Positions 1 to 8,558 of a DNA stretch of 64,000 bases are shown piece after piece. Origin of the DNA: a virus (lineage: Duplodnaviria > Heunggongvirae > Uroviricota > Caudoviricetes > Straboviridae); IMG/VR virus record IMGVR_UViG_3300011728_000017, one strand, 5' to 3'. The notes below the pieces were generated by a model. The model made no database searches. It saw only the letters and a list, made by a program, of their open reading frames with translations, and was not told the origin of the DNA. The first letter of the stretch is position 1. Each line of letters starts with the position of its first letter. The position numbers and the translations under genes were made by a program.

Positions 1-2
1 CC

Positions 3-413
3 CGTGGTGAAAAGGGGATCTGTATTTTTGAAACCGGACTTGATTTAGGTCGTGAATCTGGTAAAACTAAAGGTGCGTTCGATATTATTAAAAACTCGAA
101 AGGTATTCTGAATATCTATATCGGGCATAGTTATCATGCGGCTAAAGATGCAGCACGTCAAAACGCAGATACTGATTTAATTAATAAAGGTATTGAAGCG
201 TATTATCCTGAATTGATTATTTTGCCGAAAGGTACTGAGGATACATTTTTCCGTGGAAGGTCTTTCGATTACCAGGCGGTGAATATTATTCTTGATGAAT
301 GCGATTACTCTTATAAACAAAGAATGGAACTCGCAAATACCGTTTCATTATGTATGAGAAGCAATAATAAACATCCATACCCGTTCATCCATATTATTCG
401 TCTGGGTATGTAA
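3..413 (+). CDS. 3' end of an upstream gene, partial and of unknown function; frame 3 is open from the window start to the TAA at 411-413
   Basis: Continuous ORF from position 3; the ORF track only reports the 213..413 sub-ORF, which starts on TTG. Confidence 0.45.
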   Translation, partial: RGEKGICIFETGLDLGRESGKTKGAFDIIKNSKGILNIYIGHSYHAAKDAARQNADTDLINKGIEAYYPELIILPKGTEDTFFRGRSFDYQAVNIILDECDYSYKQRMELANTVSLCMRSNNKHPYPFIHIIRLGM

Positions 414-456
414 AAATTTAAGGGAACGAATTCCCGTTCCCTTCAAAGGAAATTCT

Positions 457-1830
457 ATGAAATATGTTATCGACACAAATGTTTTGATCAGTAACCCCTA
501 TTCAATTTATTCTTTCGTTGAACCCGACACAGAGATTATTATCACTGCTGCAACCCTGGGTGAATTGGACCATCTTAAAACGAAAGAAAAGACTTCCCGT
601 GAAGCTCGTTTAGTAAGCAAACTGCTTTCAAAGATTATTTTCGGGCGTAGTTATAAAGAAATTTCCACCACTGGCGTTTCGTTGCATGACACGAACCCGG
701 TGATCCCCGAATCCGTGACATTGCGTGTCGCTGATTGCAACTCTAAAGAATTCCCAATTGACCAACAGGACGCGCGTATTATCGCTACCTGTATTCAGGA
801 AAATGCTGTACTCATTACCCGCGATCTGAATATGATGCTGATTGCAATGTCACAGGGTTGCGAAACTCTGCCGTATACCGGGGATGATACAATTAAAGAT
901 TCCGATGTTCTGTATTCCGGGGTGATTGAAATCCCTGATTTCTGGAACGTGGTGAATGTTGATCGTTATGTGTATGCCGATGGCTATCACGCCGACGTTG
1001 CTGTTATTTCATACCAGACAAATGACGGACCGTGCCTTAACGAATTTGACCTGTATCCGAACCAGTATATTTTTGACGGTGATGAAGTAGTTGGTAAGGT
1101 TATCCGTGCGAATGAATACGATCTGGAAGTGCTTCCGGTTAAGAATGAACAGCTACTTAAACGCAAGCTGATGAAGTCTATCACCCCGCGTGATGGTTAT
1201 CAGGGCGCTGTTGTAGACAGCATGATGAACGACGATACAGACGTTGTGTCAATCCTGGGTAGTGCTGGATCCGGCAAAACAATGCTTGCTGTTTCTACTG
1301 CAATGCACTTGATTAACGCAGGCCATTATGCTAACTTGCTCTACGTAAAAGCTGATAGCCCGTTATCCGGTGAAATCGGATTCCTGCCCGGTACGTTAGG
1401 CGAAAAACTGCGTCCTTCCATCGAACCTTGCATGACCAGTCTGAATATCTTGTTTAAGGATAATCCAGAGTCGGAAAAATACATCGAAGGTCTGATCGAA
1501 AAAGAAGTAGTTCAGTTCCCCAGCCTTTATTATTTCCGTGGTCGTTCTATCGGACACCCTGATCCGGGTAAAGGATCCATTCTGATTGTTGATGAATGTC
1601 AAAACCTAAGTAATCATGAAATGAAATCAATCGTTTCCCGTTGCGGTGAGAATACTTTACTGGTACTATGCGGGAACATTAACCAGATTGATAACCCACG
1701 AAACACCGCCGTTAATAACGGTTTCGTTTATGCGGTTGAAAAGTTCAAAGAGTATGAACATGCCAGCCATATCATTCTGAAAACTGTTTATCGTTCTCGT
1801 CTTGCTGCTTTTGTGGAAGACAACTTTTAA
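457..1830 (+). CDS. phoH: PhoH-like ATPase with N-terminal PIN domain
   Basis: Walker A GSAGSGKT, DEcQN Walker B-like VDECQN, N-terminal PIN-like acidic residues; RBS aaggaaa upstream; T4-like phages encode PhoH. Confidence 0.85.
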   Translation: MKYVIDTNVLISNPYSIYSFVEPDTEIIITAATLGELDHLKTKEKTSREARLVSKLLSKIIFGRSYKEISTTGVSLHDTNPVIPESVTLRVADCNSKEFPIDQQDARIIATCIQENAVLITRDLNMMLIAMSQGCETLPYTGDDTIKDSDVLYSGVIEIPDFWNVVNVDRYVYADGYHADVAVISYQTNDGPCLNEFDLYPNQYIFDGDEVVGKVIRANEYDLEVLPVKNEQLLKRKLMKSITPRDGYQGAVVDSMMNDDTDVVSILGSAGSGKTMLAVSTAMHLINAGHYANLLYVKADSPLSGEIGFLPGTLGEKLRPSIEPCMTSLNILFKDNPESEKYIEGLIEKEVVQFPSLYYFRGRSIGHPDPGKGSILIVDECQNLSNHEMKSIVSRCGENTLLVLCGNINQIDNPRNTAVNNGFVYAVEKFKEYEHASHIILKTVYRSRLAAFVEDNF

Positions 1831-1833
1831 TTA

Positions 1834-1852
1834 AGGGGCTTCGGCCCCTATA
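1834..1852 (+). terminator. GC stem-loop GGGGC-UUCG-GCCCC immediately after the phoH stop
   Basis: Perfect 5-bp GC stem with UUCG tetraloop; no strong U-tract, so it could be an RNA stability element rather than a terminator. Confidence 0.4.
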
Positions 1853-2034
1853 TGGAATATATTATGGTTACTGTTGTGAGTATTACACCAAAACAAGTTA
1901 CTTGTCGATGTGGCGCTGTTTTGTCCTACACCCCTCAAGATATTCAAGAGAAAGTATCAACTGATTACACGGGTGGGCGTGAGGTATATCGCGCGATCCA
2001 TTGCCCGGTTTGTGGTAAGGATGTTTGTGTATGA
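1852..2034 (+). CDS. Small zinc-ribbon protein (CxxC...CPVCG)
   Basis: 60-aa ORF with two Cys pairs (CRCG ... CPVCG). Confidence 0.5.
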   Translation: MEYIMVTVVSITPKQVTCRCGAVLSYTPQDIQEKVSTDYTGGREVYRAIHCPVCGKDVCV

Positions 2035-2321
2035 ATTTAAAACAACCTGAACTTGCTGTATGGTATGGCGCGATGCCTGAATCCAATGGCAAATCAAACT
2101 TTACCGTTATTCTGTATCGTAAAGATGGAAAGGTATATGACGGCATTACTATCGACCGTTCGGAATATCCTGACCGGGTACGATACGAAGCGGATCGTAT
2201 GCGTTATTTGATTGGTGAGATCAGCGAAGAACCCGATATTTTGGATTATGATGCGGATAAACATAGCGGGTATCATGAAAGTGCATGGTTTAATGCGCTT
2301 ATGAGTAAGGGGAACGTGTAA
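2025..2321 (+). CDS. Hypothetical protein
   Basis: 98-aa ORF; ATGA-overlap translational coupling with both the upstream and downstream ORFs. Confidence 0.5.
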   Translation: MCMNLKQPELAVWYGAMPESNGKSNFTVILYRKDGKVYDGITIDRSEYPDRVRYEADRMRYLIGEISEEPDILDYDADKHSGYHESAWFNALMSKGNV

Positions 2322-2875
2322 TGGAAAATCGGTATATTGTTTTGAAGCAAACCGATGTTGATGCTGCTCTCGATAATAGCGAGAAACTTGAACTTTCTTC
2401 ACTAATGATGAAAGTATACAAAAAGCGCATTGAAAGTAAAAAACCTTTGGAAGCGGTTGTTGTTGAATCCGATTGGCCTGAATATGCGCCAACTTGCCGG
2501 GCGATTGAAAAACGTATTGAACGTGAAACTAAACTAAGTACAATGGAACAAATGTTTGGCAAGGGCGAATTCTTTACACATTTCTATGTAATTGAAACCC
2601 CTCGTGGTATTTTCCTGGTAAACTCGGATGCTCATAGCGTTAGCCGTCTGCGAAATTATAGTGGGTATCAGTACCGCGCAATTACGAGCGTTGATGGTTC
2701 ATACGATCCTAACGTGATTTTGAAAACTGGCTGGAGTACCGGATTTGGTATGGTTGTTAAGGTGAATAGTGTTGATATAGTCAATTGCTACGAACCTAAT
2801 CGGCTAAATGGGATAGGTGAAAAGCTGATTGCTTTCATGGAAGAACAGATTCGAGTAGCCAAAAATTATGAGTAA
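2321..2875 (+). CDS. Hypothetical protein
   Basis: 184-aa ORF; coupled start (gtaATGg overlaps the upstream stop). Confidence 0.55.
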   Translation: MENRYIVLKQTDVDAALDNSEKLELSSLMMKVYKKRIESKKPLEAVVVESDWPEYAPTCRAIEKRIERETKLSTMEQMFGKGEFFTHFYVIETPRGIFLVNSDAHSVSRLRNYSGYQYRAITSVDGSYDPNVILKTGWSTGFGMVVKVNSVDIVNCYEPNRLNGIGEKLIAFMEEQIRVAKNYE

Positions 2876-2880
2876 ATAAT

Positions 2881-2908
2881 AAGAGGGGTGATTCTGCCCC
2901 TCTTGTTT
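2881..2908 (+). terminator. Stem-loop gaggggtgattctgcccctc followed by a T-tract
   Basis: Inverted repeat plus ttgtttt after the stop at 2875. Confidence 0.5.
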
Positions 2909-2921
2909 TAAAGGTATTACA

Positions 2922-3548
2922 ATGAAGAAAATTTTATTAGCGGCTTGTATTTTCTTATGCTCTTTTGCAAGCCACGCACAAACTGATCCACTGGGCGACT
3001 TTATATCGACGTTGCCACTTCAAAAAGCGACATATCCAACCGAAATTAAAAAGAGCGCACCTGGATATCTTCGGGAATTAAACACCCTGAAACCAGAACA
3101 AAAGAAAGTTCTGGAGTATGCTTTGAAAGTCGGAAACGACTATAATATTAAAAACGCTAAACCTGCGGAATCAGAAAAAGCTAAACGTCTCGGATATCAT
3201 TTAGCGGCTATTGCATGGATCGAAACACGGGCGTGTTTGGATACCGGAAAAGGCAAACCCGGTCACAAATCATATGGGTGCTGGCAGGTCACTGTTAATA
3301 GTGCATCAGCGACAATGGATAAATCATATCCCAAACGTGTAGTAATCAAAAAGCTGGAAACTCTGAAAGGTGGATCTAAGTACGCGATCCATGCTCTTGA
3401 ATACTGGCTTGATTATCATAATGGCAACATGCAGAAAGCACTAGCCAGCTACAACGCCGGGTTCAAGTACAACAGCCAGGAGGCCAGGAAGTATGCGCGT
3501 ATGGTAGAGCGCACGGCTAAGGCACTGGAAGAACACCGGATAATTTAA
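2922..3548 (+). CDS. Secreted lytic transglycosylase-like protein (SLT domain)
   Basis: Signal peptide MKKILLAACIFLCSFASHA; SLT-like motifs IAWIETRA (catalytic E), GCWQV (GLMQ-like), ASYNAGFKY (AYNAG). Confidence 0.55.
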   Translation: MKKILLAACIFLCSFASHAQTDPLGDFISTLPLQKATYPTEIKKSAPGYLRELNTLKPEQKKVLEYALKVGNDYNIKNAKPAESEKAKRLGYHLAAIAWIETRACLDTGKGKPGHKSYGCWQVTVNSASATMDKSYPKRVVIKKLETLKGGSKYAIHALEYWLDYHNGNMQKALASYNAGFKYNSQEARKYARMVERTAKALEEHRII

Positions 3549-3552
3549 AACA

Positions 3553-3612
3553 AAGCCCTTGACTTCGGTCAGGGGCTTTTGCTATCTTACACACAGGAAA
3601 ACAAAACGGTGG
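3553..3612 (+). promoter_or_regulatory. PeSL-like cassette: stem-loop gcccTTGACttcgGTCAGGGGc with -35 TTGACT inside the stem, -10 TATCTT, then the leader box
   Basis: Same architecture as 9645, 18749 and 59945; followed by a small ORF at 3620. Confidence 0.6.
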
Positions 3613-3619
3613 ATTTATT

Positions 3620-3766
3620 ATGAGTGAACTGATTCTGAACGAAACCAAACGTATTCTGTTTAAAGCGGGTTCTTACCGTGTGGAAACTCCAAAAGGCAAT
3701 ACTTCGAAATGGAGTATGAACGACTGGATCAATTATATTGACGTAAACGGGGAGTGGGTACAATGA
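3620..3766 (+). CDS. Small hypothetical protein (48 aa)
   Basis: ATG at 3620 directly after the promoter cassette; stop overlaps the next ORF start (ATGA). Confidence 0.35.
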   Translation: MSELILNETKRILFKAGSYRVETPKGNTSKWSMNDWINYIDVNGEWVQ

Positions 3767-4200
3767 GCGATTCGCATAAGCTGTTTGTGGCCTGTGATGT
3801 ATCAAAGGCGCTGGAGATCTACGGTCATGTGATGATGCATATTAAAAAGCTTCACAGAAACCGCAAAGAAGACCTGATCATGCAGTACGGGGATTATTAC
3901 AATATCCCTGAACATATCCGCCAAAACCTGAAAGCCCCTGTCGTCATATCATATGATATGGATTCGTTTGCGCTTGTATTCGGAATGGGTATCGGGGAAG
4001 AAGAACGTAAAATTTTTATGTCTCATGTTTGCTCAACCGATTATAAAGAGTATCATGACGGTCAAAAGATTGTTTTCCATATCGGTGCTTTCGGTGAACA
4101 TGAAAATATCATGAACGTCGTAAAAGAATGCCTGATCCAATGGGGCGACGTGTGGGAATGTGACGAATCCGTTTCTTTGAAATTTAATAAGGTAAACTAA
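3763..4200 (+). CDS. Hypothetical protein
   Basis: ATG 3763 (MSDSHKLF...), 145 aa. Confidence 0.55.
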   Translation: MSDSHKLFVACDVSKALEIYGHVMMHIKKLHRNRKEDLIMQYGDYYNIPEHIRQNLKAPVVISYDMDSFALVFGMGIGEEERKIFMSHVCSTDYKEYHDGQKIVFHIGAFGEHENIMNVVKECLIQWGDVWECDESVSLKFNKVN

Positions 4201-4790
4201 TGACTCTTCAAGAACAAATTGCTGAAATCGATGTAAAGATTAATAGTCTGAATCAAAAAATGACGCCGTTGCAGCAAAAGAAATCCTCGCTTATTCGCAT
4301 GAAGGATAAGTTGAAAGATGAACTTGATAAGCAAAACGTCGAAGCTATTCGAAAAGAGTCAAAAGAAAAGCAAGCGGAATACTTTATCAATGCGGTAGGT
4401 GGCGGAATGTATACTTATGATGCATTCAAAAAATTCCTTACCGAAGAGACAGCTTTAGCGTTGGACTGCACCTATCGATCTGGCTGTAGACAGTTCCGGT
4501 TGCGTATTGCGATGCATCAGGACAAATCAAACCTGGAATCGGTGTATGAAAGTATTCTGTTCTTTATGCCGATGCTCAAGCCGAATGACGATAGTGTGAT
4601 TGAATTTGATATCATGGAAGAATCGCTTTCTTATCATCAATCGTATTATCTGAATTACGATCTTGATGATGGATACTGGGCGGTAACAAGTGGGGGTAGG
4701 TCTAAACTACACAAAAATAAAGATCTGAAATATGTCCTTTCAAAAATCTGTGAAGAGTTATATTATATCCCGGTCGGAGAAGAGGAATAA
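4200..4790 (+). CDS. Hypothetical protein with N-terminal coiled coil
   Basis: 196-aa ORF; taATG overlap with the upstream stop. Confidence 0.55.
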   Translation: MTLQEQIAEIDVKINSLNQKMTPLQQKKSSLIRMKDKLKDELDKQNVEAIRKESKEKQAEYFINAVGGGMYTYDAFKKFLTEETALALDCTYRSGCRQFRLRIAMHQDKSNLESVYESILFFMPMLKPNDDSVIEFDIMEESLSYHQSYYLNYDLDDGYWAVTSGGRSKLHKNKDLKYVLSKICEELYYIPVGEEE

Positions 4791-4791
4791 A

Positions 4792-5109
4792 ATGAAAAAG
4801 ATTATTTTGGCTTTATGTGGTTTAACAATGACTGTCCATGCTGATGATCGCATTGATGCGTTGTGCAAAGGAAAGGATATTGTAAAACCTTCTGTATGCG
4901 TCCAGGTGATTAAAGAACAGCTTGATGCTGCCTATGTATGGGGCGAAGAGAATGCGCACCTTATAAAGCGCCTCAAGCTGGCAAAACGCGAAGAATTTCT
5001 CCAGTCTGAACCTATGCTGAGATTATGCAAATCAGCGCCGGATCAGGCCAGATGTGAAATGTTTCGTTCATACCTTTTAGAAGAATATAACGCGGGGATT
5101 GGCCTGTAA
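4792..5109 (+). CDS. Secreted hypothetical protein
   Basis: ATG 4792, signal peptide MKKIILALCGLTMTVHA, 4 Cys. Confidence 0.5.
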   Translation: MKKIILALCGLTMTVHADDRIDALCKGKDIVKPSVCVQVIKEQLDAAYVWGEENAHLIKRLKLAKREEFLQSEPMLRLCKSAPDQARCEMFRSYLLEEYNAGIGL

Positions 5110-5211
5110 TGAGTATCGGGTATTTGATTTTGGCTGGTATTGTTTGTATTATTGGCCTTCTGGTGATTTGCTTCCGTTCACAAATGGATGATTACGATAA
5201 TGATTATTGAA
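5109..5211 (+). CDS. Small hydrophobic membrane peptide (33 aa)
   Basis: MSIGYLILAGIVCIIGLLVICF..., single TM; too short for the ORF track. Confidence 0.3.
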
Positions 5212-5667
5212 GAAGTAAAAGGAAATGCGGTAACGATGCATCTTGAAGGTAAAGGACATCTGATCCACGGGTGTAACTGTCATTGTGCTATGGGGAAAGG
5301 GATCGCTAAAGAAGTTAAAAGCCGGATCCCGATGGCATATCGGGTTGATCAATACACCGTCAGGGGCGACCGGAATAAACTGGGAACCTGTTCCGTGTGG
5401 AACGAAAACGGCGTATATGTATTCAATGCCTATACCCAGTATAATTTCAACAGTAAAACGCCTGATGTTGATTACGACGCTATTGCAAAGTGTTTTGAAA
5501 ATGCAGTAGAATTCTGTAAGAACAAAAACTCAACCCTTCCGATCATTACGCCTTTAATTGGTGCTGGTTTGGCTGGCGGCGACTGGGTTAAAATTCGGGC
5601 AATTATTGAAAAGGCAACTGATGATTACCCGGTAATCGTGGTTCACTTCGATCCGAATAAGGTTTGA
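5188..5667 (+). CDS. Macro-domain-like protein (putative ADP-ribose binding/hydrolase)
   Basis: N-terminal HGCNCHCAMGKGIAKEV (macro NAAN..GGG..AI-like) and ITPLIGAGLAGG (macro P-x-I-x-x-G-x-x-G loop). Confidence 0.5.
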   Translation: MITIMIIEEVKGNAVTMHLEGKGHLIHGCNCHCAMGKGIAKEVKSRIPMAYRVDQYTVRGDRNKLGTCSVWNENGVYVFNAYTQYNFNSKTPDVDYDAIAKCFENAVEFCKNKNSTLPIITPLIGAGLAGGDWVKIRAIIEKATDDYPVIVVHFDPNKV

Positions 5668-5668
5668 T

Positions 5669-5845
5669 TATGACGCCTCTACAAAAATCAAAACTGAATA
5701 ATCCGGTTGACCGATACGCCGATATGCGTCAGGAATGGTTTGACTGTCCTTTTGATAATGAAAAATCGAAAGAATGCGCATTAAAAGCAACTGCTGCATT
5801 CGATAGTATTGTTTATTATATTCAAGAATTGGTGGAGGAGTAATG
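5669..5845 (+). CDS. Small hypothetical protein (58 aa)
   Basis: ATGA-coupled to the upstream ORF; below the ORF-track threshold. Confidence 0.3.
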
Positions 5846-6052
5846 CGCCATCAAGAACTAAAATTACTAAAAGCAAAACTAAAAGACCTGGGTGAACTTC
5901 ATCAGGATTATGAAAAAGAAGATGATCCTGATTCCCGTTCAATGAATATGAGTATGATTAATGATGCTGTTGCTGATATAATCGATTTCGTTGAAAAGGA
6001 AATTGAAGACGCCGTGTATGATGCATTATTAGAGCAAGCGAAACATGATTAA
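5843..6052 (+). CDS. Hypothetical acidic protein
   Basis: 69-aa ORF, coupled start. Confidence 0.45.
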   Translation: MRHQELKLLKAKLKDLGELHQDYEKEDDPDSRSMNMSMINDAVADIIDFVEKEIEDAVYDALLEQAKHD

Positions 6053-6287
6053 CCATAATGAAAAACTAAACGAATCGATCAAACAAAGAGCATTGAAGGC
6101 TATTTCCATGTATGGGGATCTTCGCTGGTGTAATGCTAAAATCTGTGGGTGTCTGGGTTGTGTTAACCATTCAATGTCAAAAGAAGAATACAATATTGCG
6201 TTGACGATCCCGGAAGTAAAAGAAGCAATTCAAAAAAGAAAAGAAAGAAAAGGGGATCTTATCTTCCCTGCATGGATGACGGAATAG
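6045..6287 (+). CDS. Hypothetical Cys-rich protein
   Basis: 80 aa, CNAKICGCLGCVNHS. Confidence 0.45.
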   Translation: MINHNEKLNESIKQRALKAISMYGDLRWCNAKICGCLGCVNHSMSKEEYNIALTIPEVKEAIQKRKERKGDLIFPAWMTE

Positions 6288-6296
6288 GAAATCCGA

Positions 6297-6677
6297 ATGA
6301 GTAGAACTTACCGAAATAAGTATACCCCTCATATTCATGCATATGAATTTGAACTGGTGAAATTTTCCCGGTTCTATATGAAATCCGGTCATTGTCCGTT
6401 AGGGTATCGCTGGTATACGATCAACGGGGAACACAAAGCAGGGCTTGATGTAATCCGGGTTTTGAATAGCCGTGGGCGAGACGGAACCAAATCACACGGC
6501 AATACAAAACACCTCATCAATAACTCTGTTAAAAAGATTGATTCCCGTGTGCGTATCAAACTGAACCAGGAATTAAAACGTATGCGTTCCGGTAATATCG
6601 GCTGGGATGAACACTACGAAAACCACAATAAAATTAGAATGGCTGAACGTGGCTATCGATTTTATGATTTGAGTTAA
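6297..6677 (+). CDS. Hypothetical basic protein
   Basis: 126-aa ORF with RBS ggaa upstream. Confidence 0.5.
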   Translation: MSRTYRNKYTPHIHAYEFELVKFSRFYMKSGHCPLGYRWYTINGEHKAGLDVIRVLNSRGRDGTKSHGNTKHLINNSVKKIDSRVRIKLNQELKRMRSGNIGWDEHYENHNKIRMAERGYRFYDLS

Positions 6678-6700
6678 GGGGCGAAAGCCCCTTTTTAACA
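6678..6700 (+). terminator. Rho-independent terminator GGGGCGAAAGCCCC + TTTT
   Basis: GAAA-tetraloop hairpin followed by a T-tract. Confidence 0.6.
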
Positions 6701-6763
6701 TTTGTTTCTAAATATAGTCAGAAACAGGGTTATTGTATCCCTGTAGGTATTCAGAGAAAGATC

Positions 6764-7072
6764 ATGAATATTAAGCGACTATTACAAACATCCACACTTC
6801 TGTTTCTTTTGTCGCCTGTACATGCATTTGCAGATACACCGGAACGGCTAGTTCCGGTTGAATTTGATCAATATATCAACGCTGCATTACGTGTGTATAA
6901 GGCAACAATTCCCCCTAGCATCAACACCAGTGAATTGTTTTACGATTTCATGGAAAGGAAATGGCAACAGAAACAGTGTACCGCCGAAAAGGAATGTCTT
7001 AATTTAGGGATGCGGGTAGCTACAGAATTTGCCAACAACTATCATACAAGGGATAACAATGCAGACCTTTAA
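6764..7072 (+). CDS. Secreted hypothetical protein
   Basis: Signal peptide MNIKRLLQTSTLLFLLSPVHAFA. Confidence 0.5.
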   Translation: MNIKRLLQTSTLLFLLSPVHAFADTPERLVPVEFDQYINAALRVYKATIPPSINTSELFYDFMERKWQQKQCTAEKECLNLGMRVATEFANNYHTRDNNADL

Positions 7073-7439
7073 ACAACTAACAGAACGTGAATCCGTTGAT
7101 GTGGATACGTTCATTGGCCTATGTCTGATGTCGGTTACGTATATGCACAGTGCGCATTTCGCTACAAGATCCTACGCACAGCATAAAGCGTTTGAAGAGT
7201 TCTATAAAGAAATGACTGAACTTGTCGATAAATTCACCGAAACAAATATAGGCATTACCGGAACGTATAAACCTGTATTAAAAACTGAAAATAATATTGA
7301 CACTGTGGAGTATTTGCGTAGAATAGCAGTCACAGGAGAGGAAATATATAAAACCGTTGATACATCACTTCAAAGTATCATCGATGAAATAAAAGTTCTC
7401 TGCTATCAAACGATATACAAAATCACGCATTTCGCGTAA
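7059..7439 (+). CDS. Hypothetical protein (start uncertain, 7029 or 7059)
   Basis: ORF 7029..7439; internal ATG 7059 (MQTFKQL) avoids overlap with the previous ORF. Confidence 0.45.
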   Translation: MQTFKQLTERESVDVDTFIGLCLMSVTYMHSAHFATRSYAQHKAFEEFYKEMTELVDKFTETNIGITGTYKPVLKTENNIDTVEYLRRIAVTGEEIYKTVDTSLQSIIDEIKVLCYQTIYKITHFA

Positions 7440-7461
7440 CTTAATTTAATATGGATATATA

Positions 7462-8376
7462 ATGAATCTGAATTCTATCGTATCAAACCCAAAGAAAACT
7501 TCCATCATTGCTCTGGCTGTAGTTGCTGCATTGTGGTTGGTGCCAAACGCATATACCATCGTACAAGACGGCACTGTTAAAACACAGACCTTCATGGGTA
7601 AAGTTTCGCCAAACCCTGTGATGCCCGGTTTCCACCTGGTAAACCCGCTGGCTGATTTTGATACGTTCAGCACGAAAGATATTGCAATGAAATTTGATAA
7701 ATTGCAGATTCCATCCCAGGATAAATTTAAATCCACTGTGGATATGACTGTGATGTTGCAGTTCGATGGTAGCAAAGCCCCGATCAACCGTATCAACGCG
7801 GGTAGTCAGGATCAGGCGCTTGATAAGTACGTAACTGAAAAACTGCTTTCAACCGTTCGTGAGTTCGGGAAATCGGTTCCTAAAGCGCAAGATCTGTTTG
7901 ATTCAAAAGTTCAAAGCCAGTTGCAGACTGCGATCCAACAGGAAGTTGAAGATTATGCGCGTCCATACGGGTACACCGTTAAGCAAGTATTCCTGCAAGA
8001 CATTACCCTGCCGGAAGTAATCATGACTCAGGTAACGAATACAAAGATTCGTGAAGAACAGGTTAACGCCGAAAAAGCAGAACTTGCTAAGAAGAGAGAG
8101 ATTGCGCAGCAGCAAGTTGTAACTTCCATCGCGCAGAAAGAATCTCGTGCTAACGATGCACAGGCCAGTGAACGTGATGCTGATGCGCGTCTGTATGCTG
8201 CACAGAAAGAAGCAGAAGCGAACAACGCGCTGCAAAAAACAATCACTCCTGAAATGATTCGCTGGAAAGAACTTGATGTTCAAATGATCCGAGCGCAAAA
8301 ATACCAGGGCGGCGTACCGCAAACCGTAATGGGCGCGGATTACGAAGGCAAAGTGATTTTTGATTCTCGTAAATAA
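7462..8376 (+). CDS. SPFH/band-7 (prohibitin/HflC-like) membrane protein
   Basis: N-terminal TM, then an SPFH-like core (TIVQDG...GFHLVNP...), followed by a long Ala/Glu/Gln-rich coiled coil. Confidence 0.65.
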   Translation: MNLNSIVSNPKKTSIIALAVVAALWLVPNAYTIVQDGTVKTQTFMGKVSPNPVMPGFHLVNPLADFDTFSTKDIAMKFDKLQIPSQDKFKSTVDMTVMLQFDGSKAPINRINAGSQDQALDKYVTEKLLSTVREFGKSVPKAQDLFDSKVQSQLQTAIQQEVEDYARPYGYTVKQVFLQDITLPEVIMTQVTNTKIREEQVNAEKAELAKKREIAQQQVVTSIAQKESRANDAQASERDADARLYAAQKEAEANNALQKTITPEMIRWKELDVQMIRAQKYQGGVPQTVMGADYEGKVIFDSRK

Positions 8377-8383
8377 GATCACT

Positions 8384-8412
8384 AAAAGCCCCTTAACCGG
8401 GGCTTGATTTTT
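8384..8412 (+). terminator. Terminator aagcccctt-aacc-ggggctt + TTTTTTT
   Basis: Hairpin plus T7 run after the stop at 8376. Confidence 0.6.
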
Positions 8413-8430
8413 TTAACGAGAGAAAACCGA

Positions 8431-8532
8431 ATGAAACTACTAAAACAGATAGTAATGACTATTATCATTTCATTGATTTTTGGTTTTATTGGTGGTTTAA
8501 TGGGTGTTCTCATTATTGCATCTGTTTTATAA
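8431..8532 (+). CDS. Small hydrophobic membrane peptide (33 aa)
   Basis: MKLLKQIVMTIIISLIFGFIGGLMGVLIIASVL, single TM; upstream of NatV. Confidence 0.3.
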   Translation: MKLLKQIVMTIIISLIFGFIGGLMGVLIIASVL

Positions 8533-8558
8533 TTCCTTAACACAACGTGGAGTACGTT

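Noticed and set aside
8028-8246. 72-aa Ala/Ser/Cys-rich antisense ORF inside the SPFH gene
   Set aside because: It is the frame-shifted reading of the GC-rich Ala/Gln/Glu coiled-coil region. It is not a real gene.
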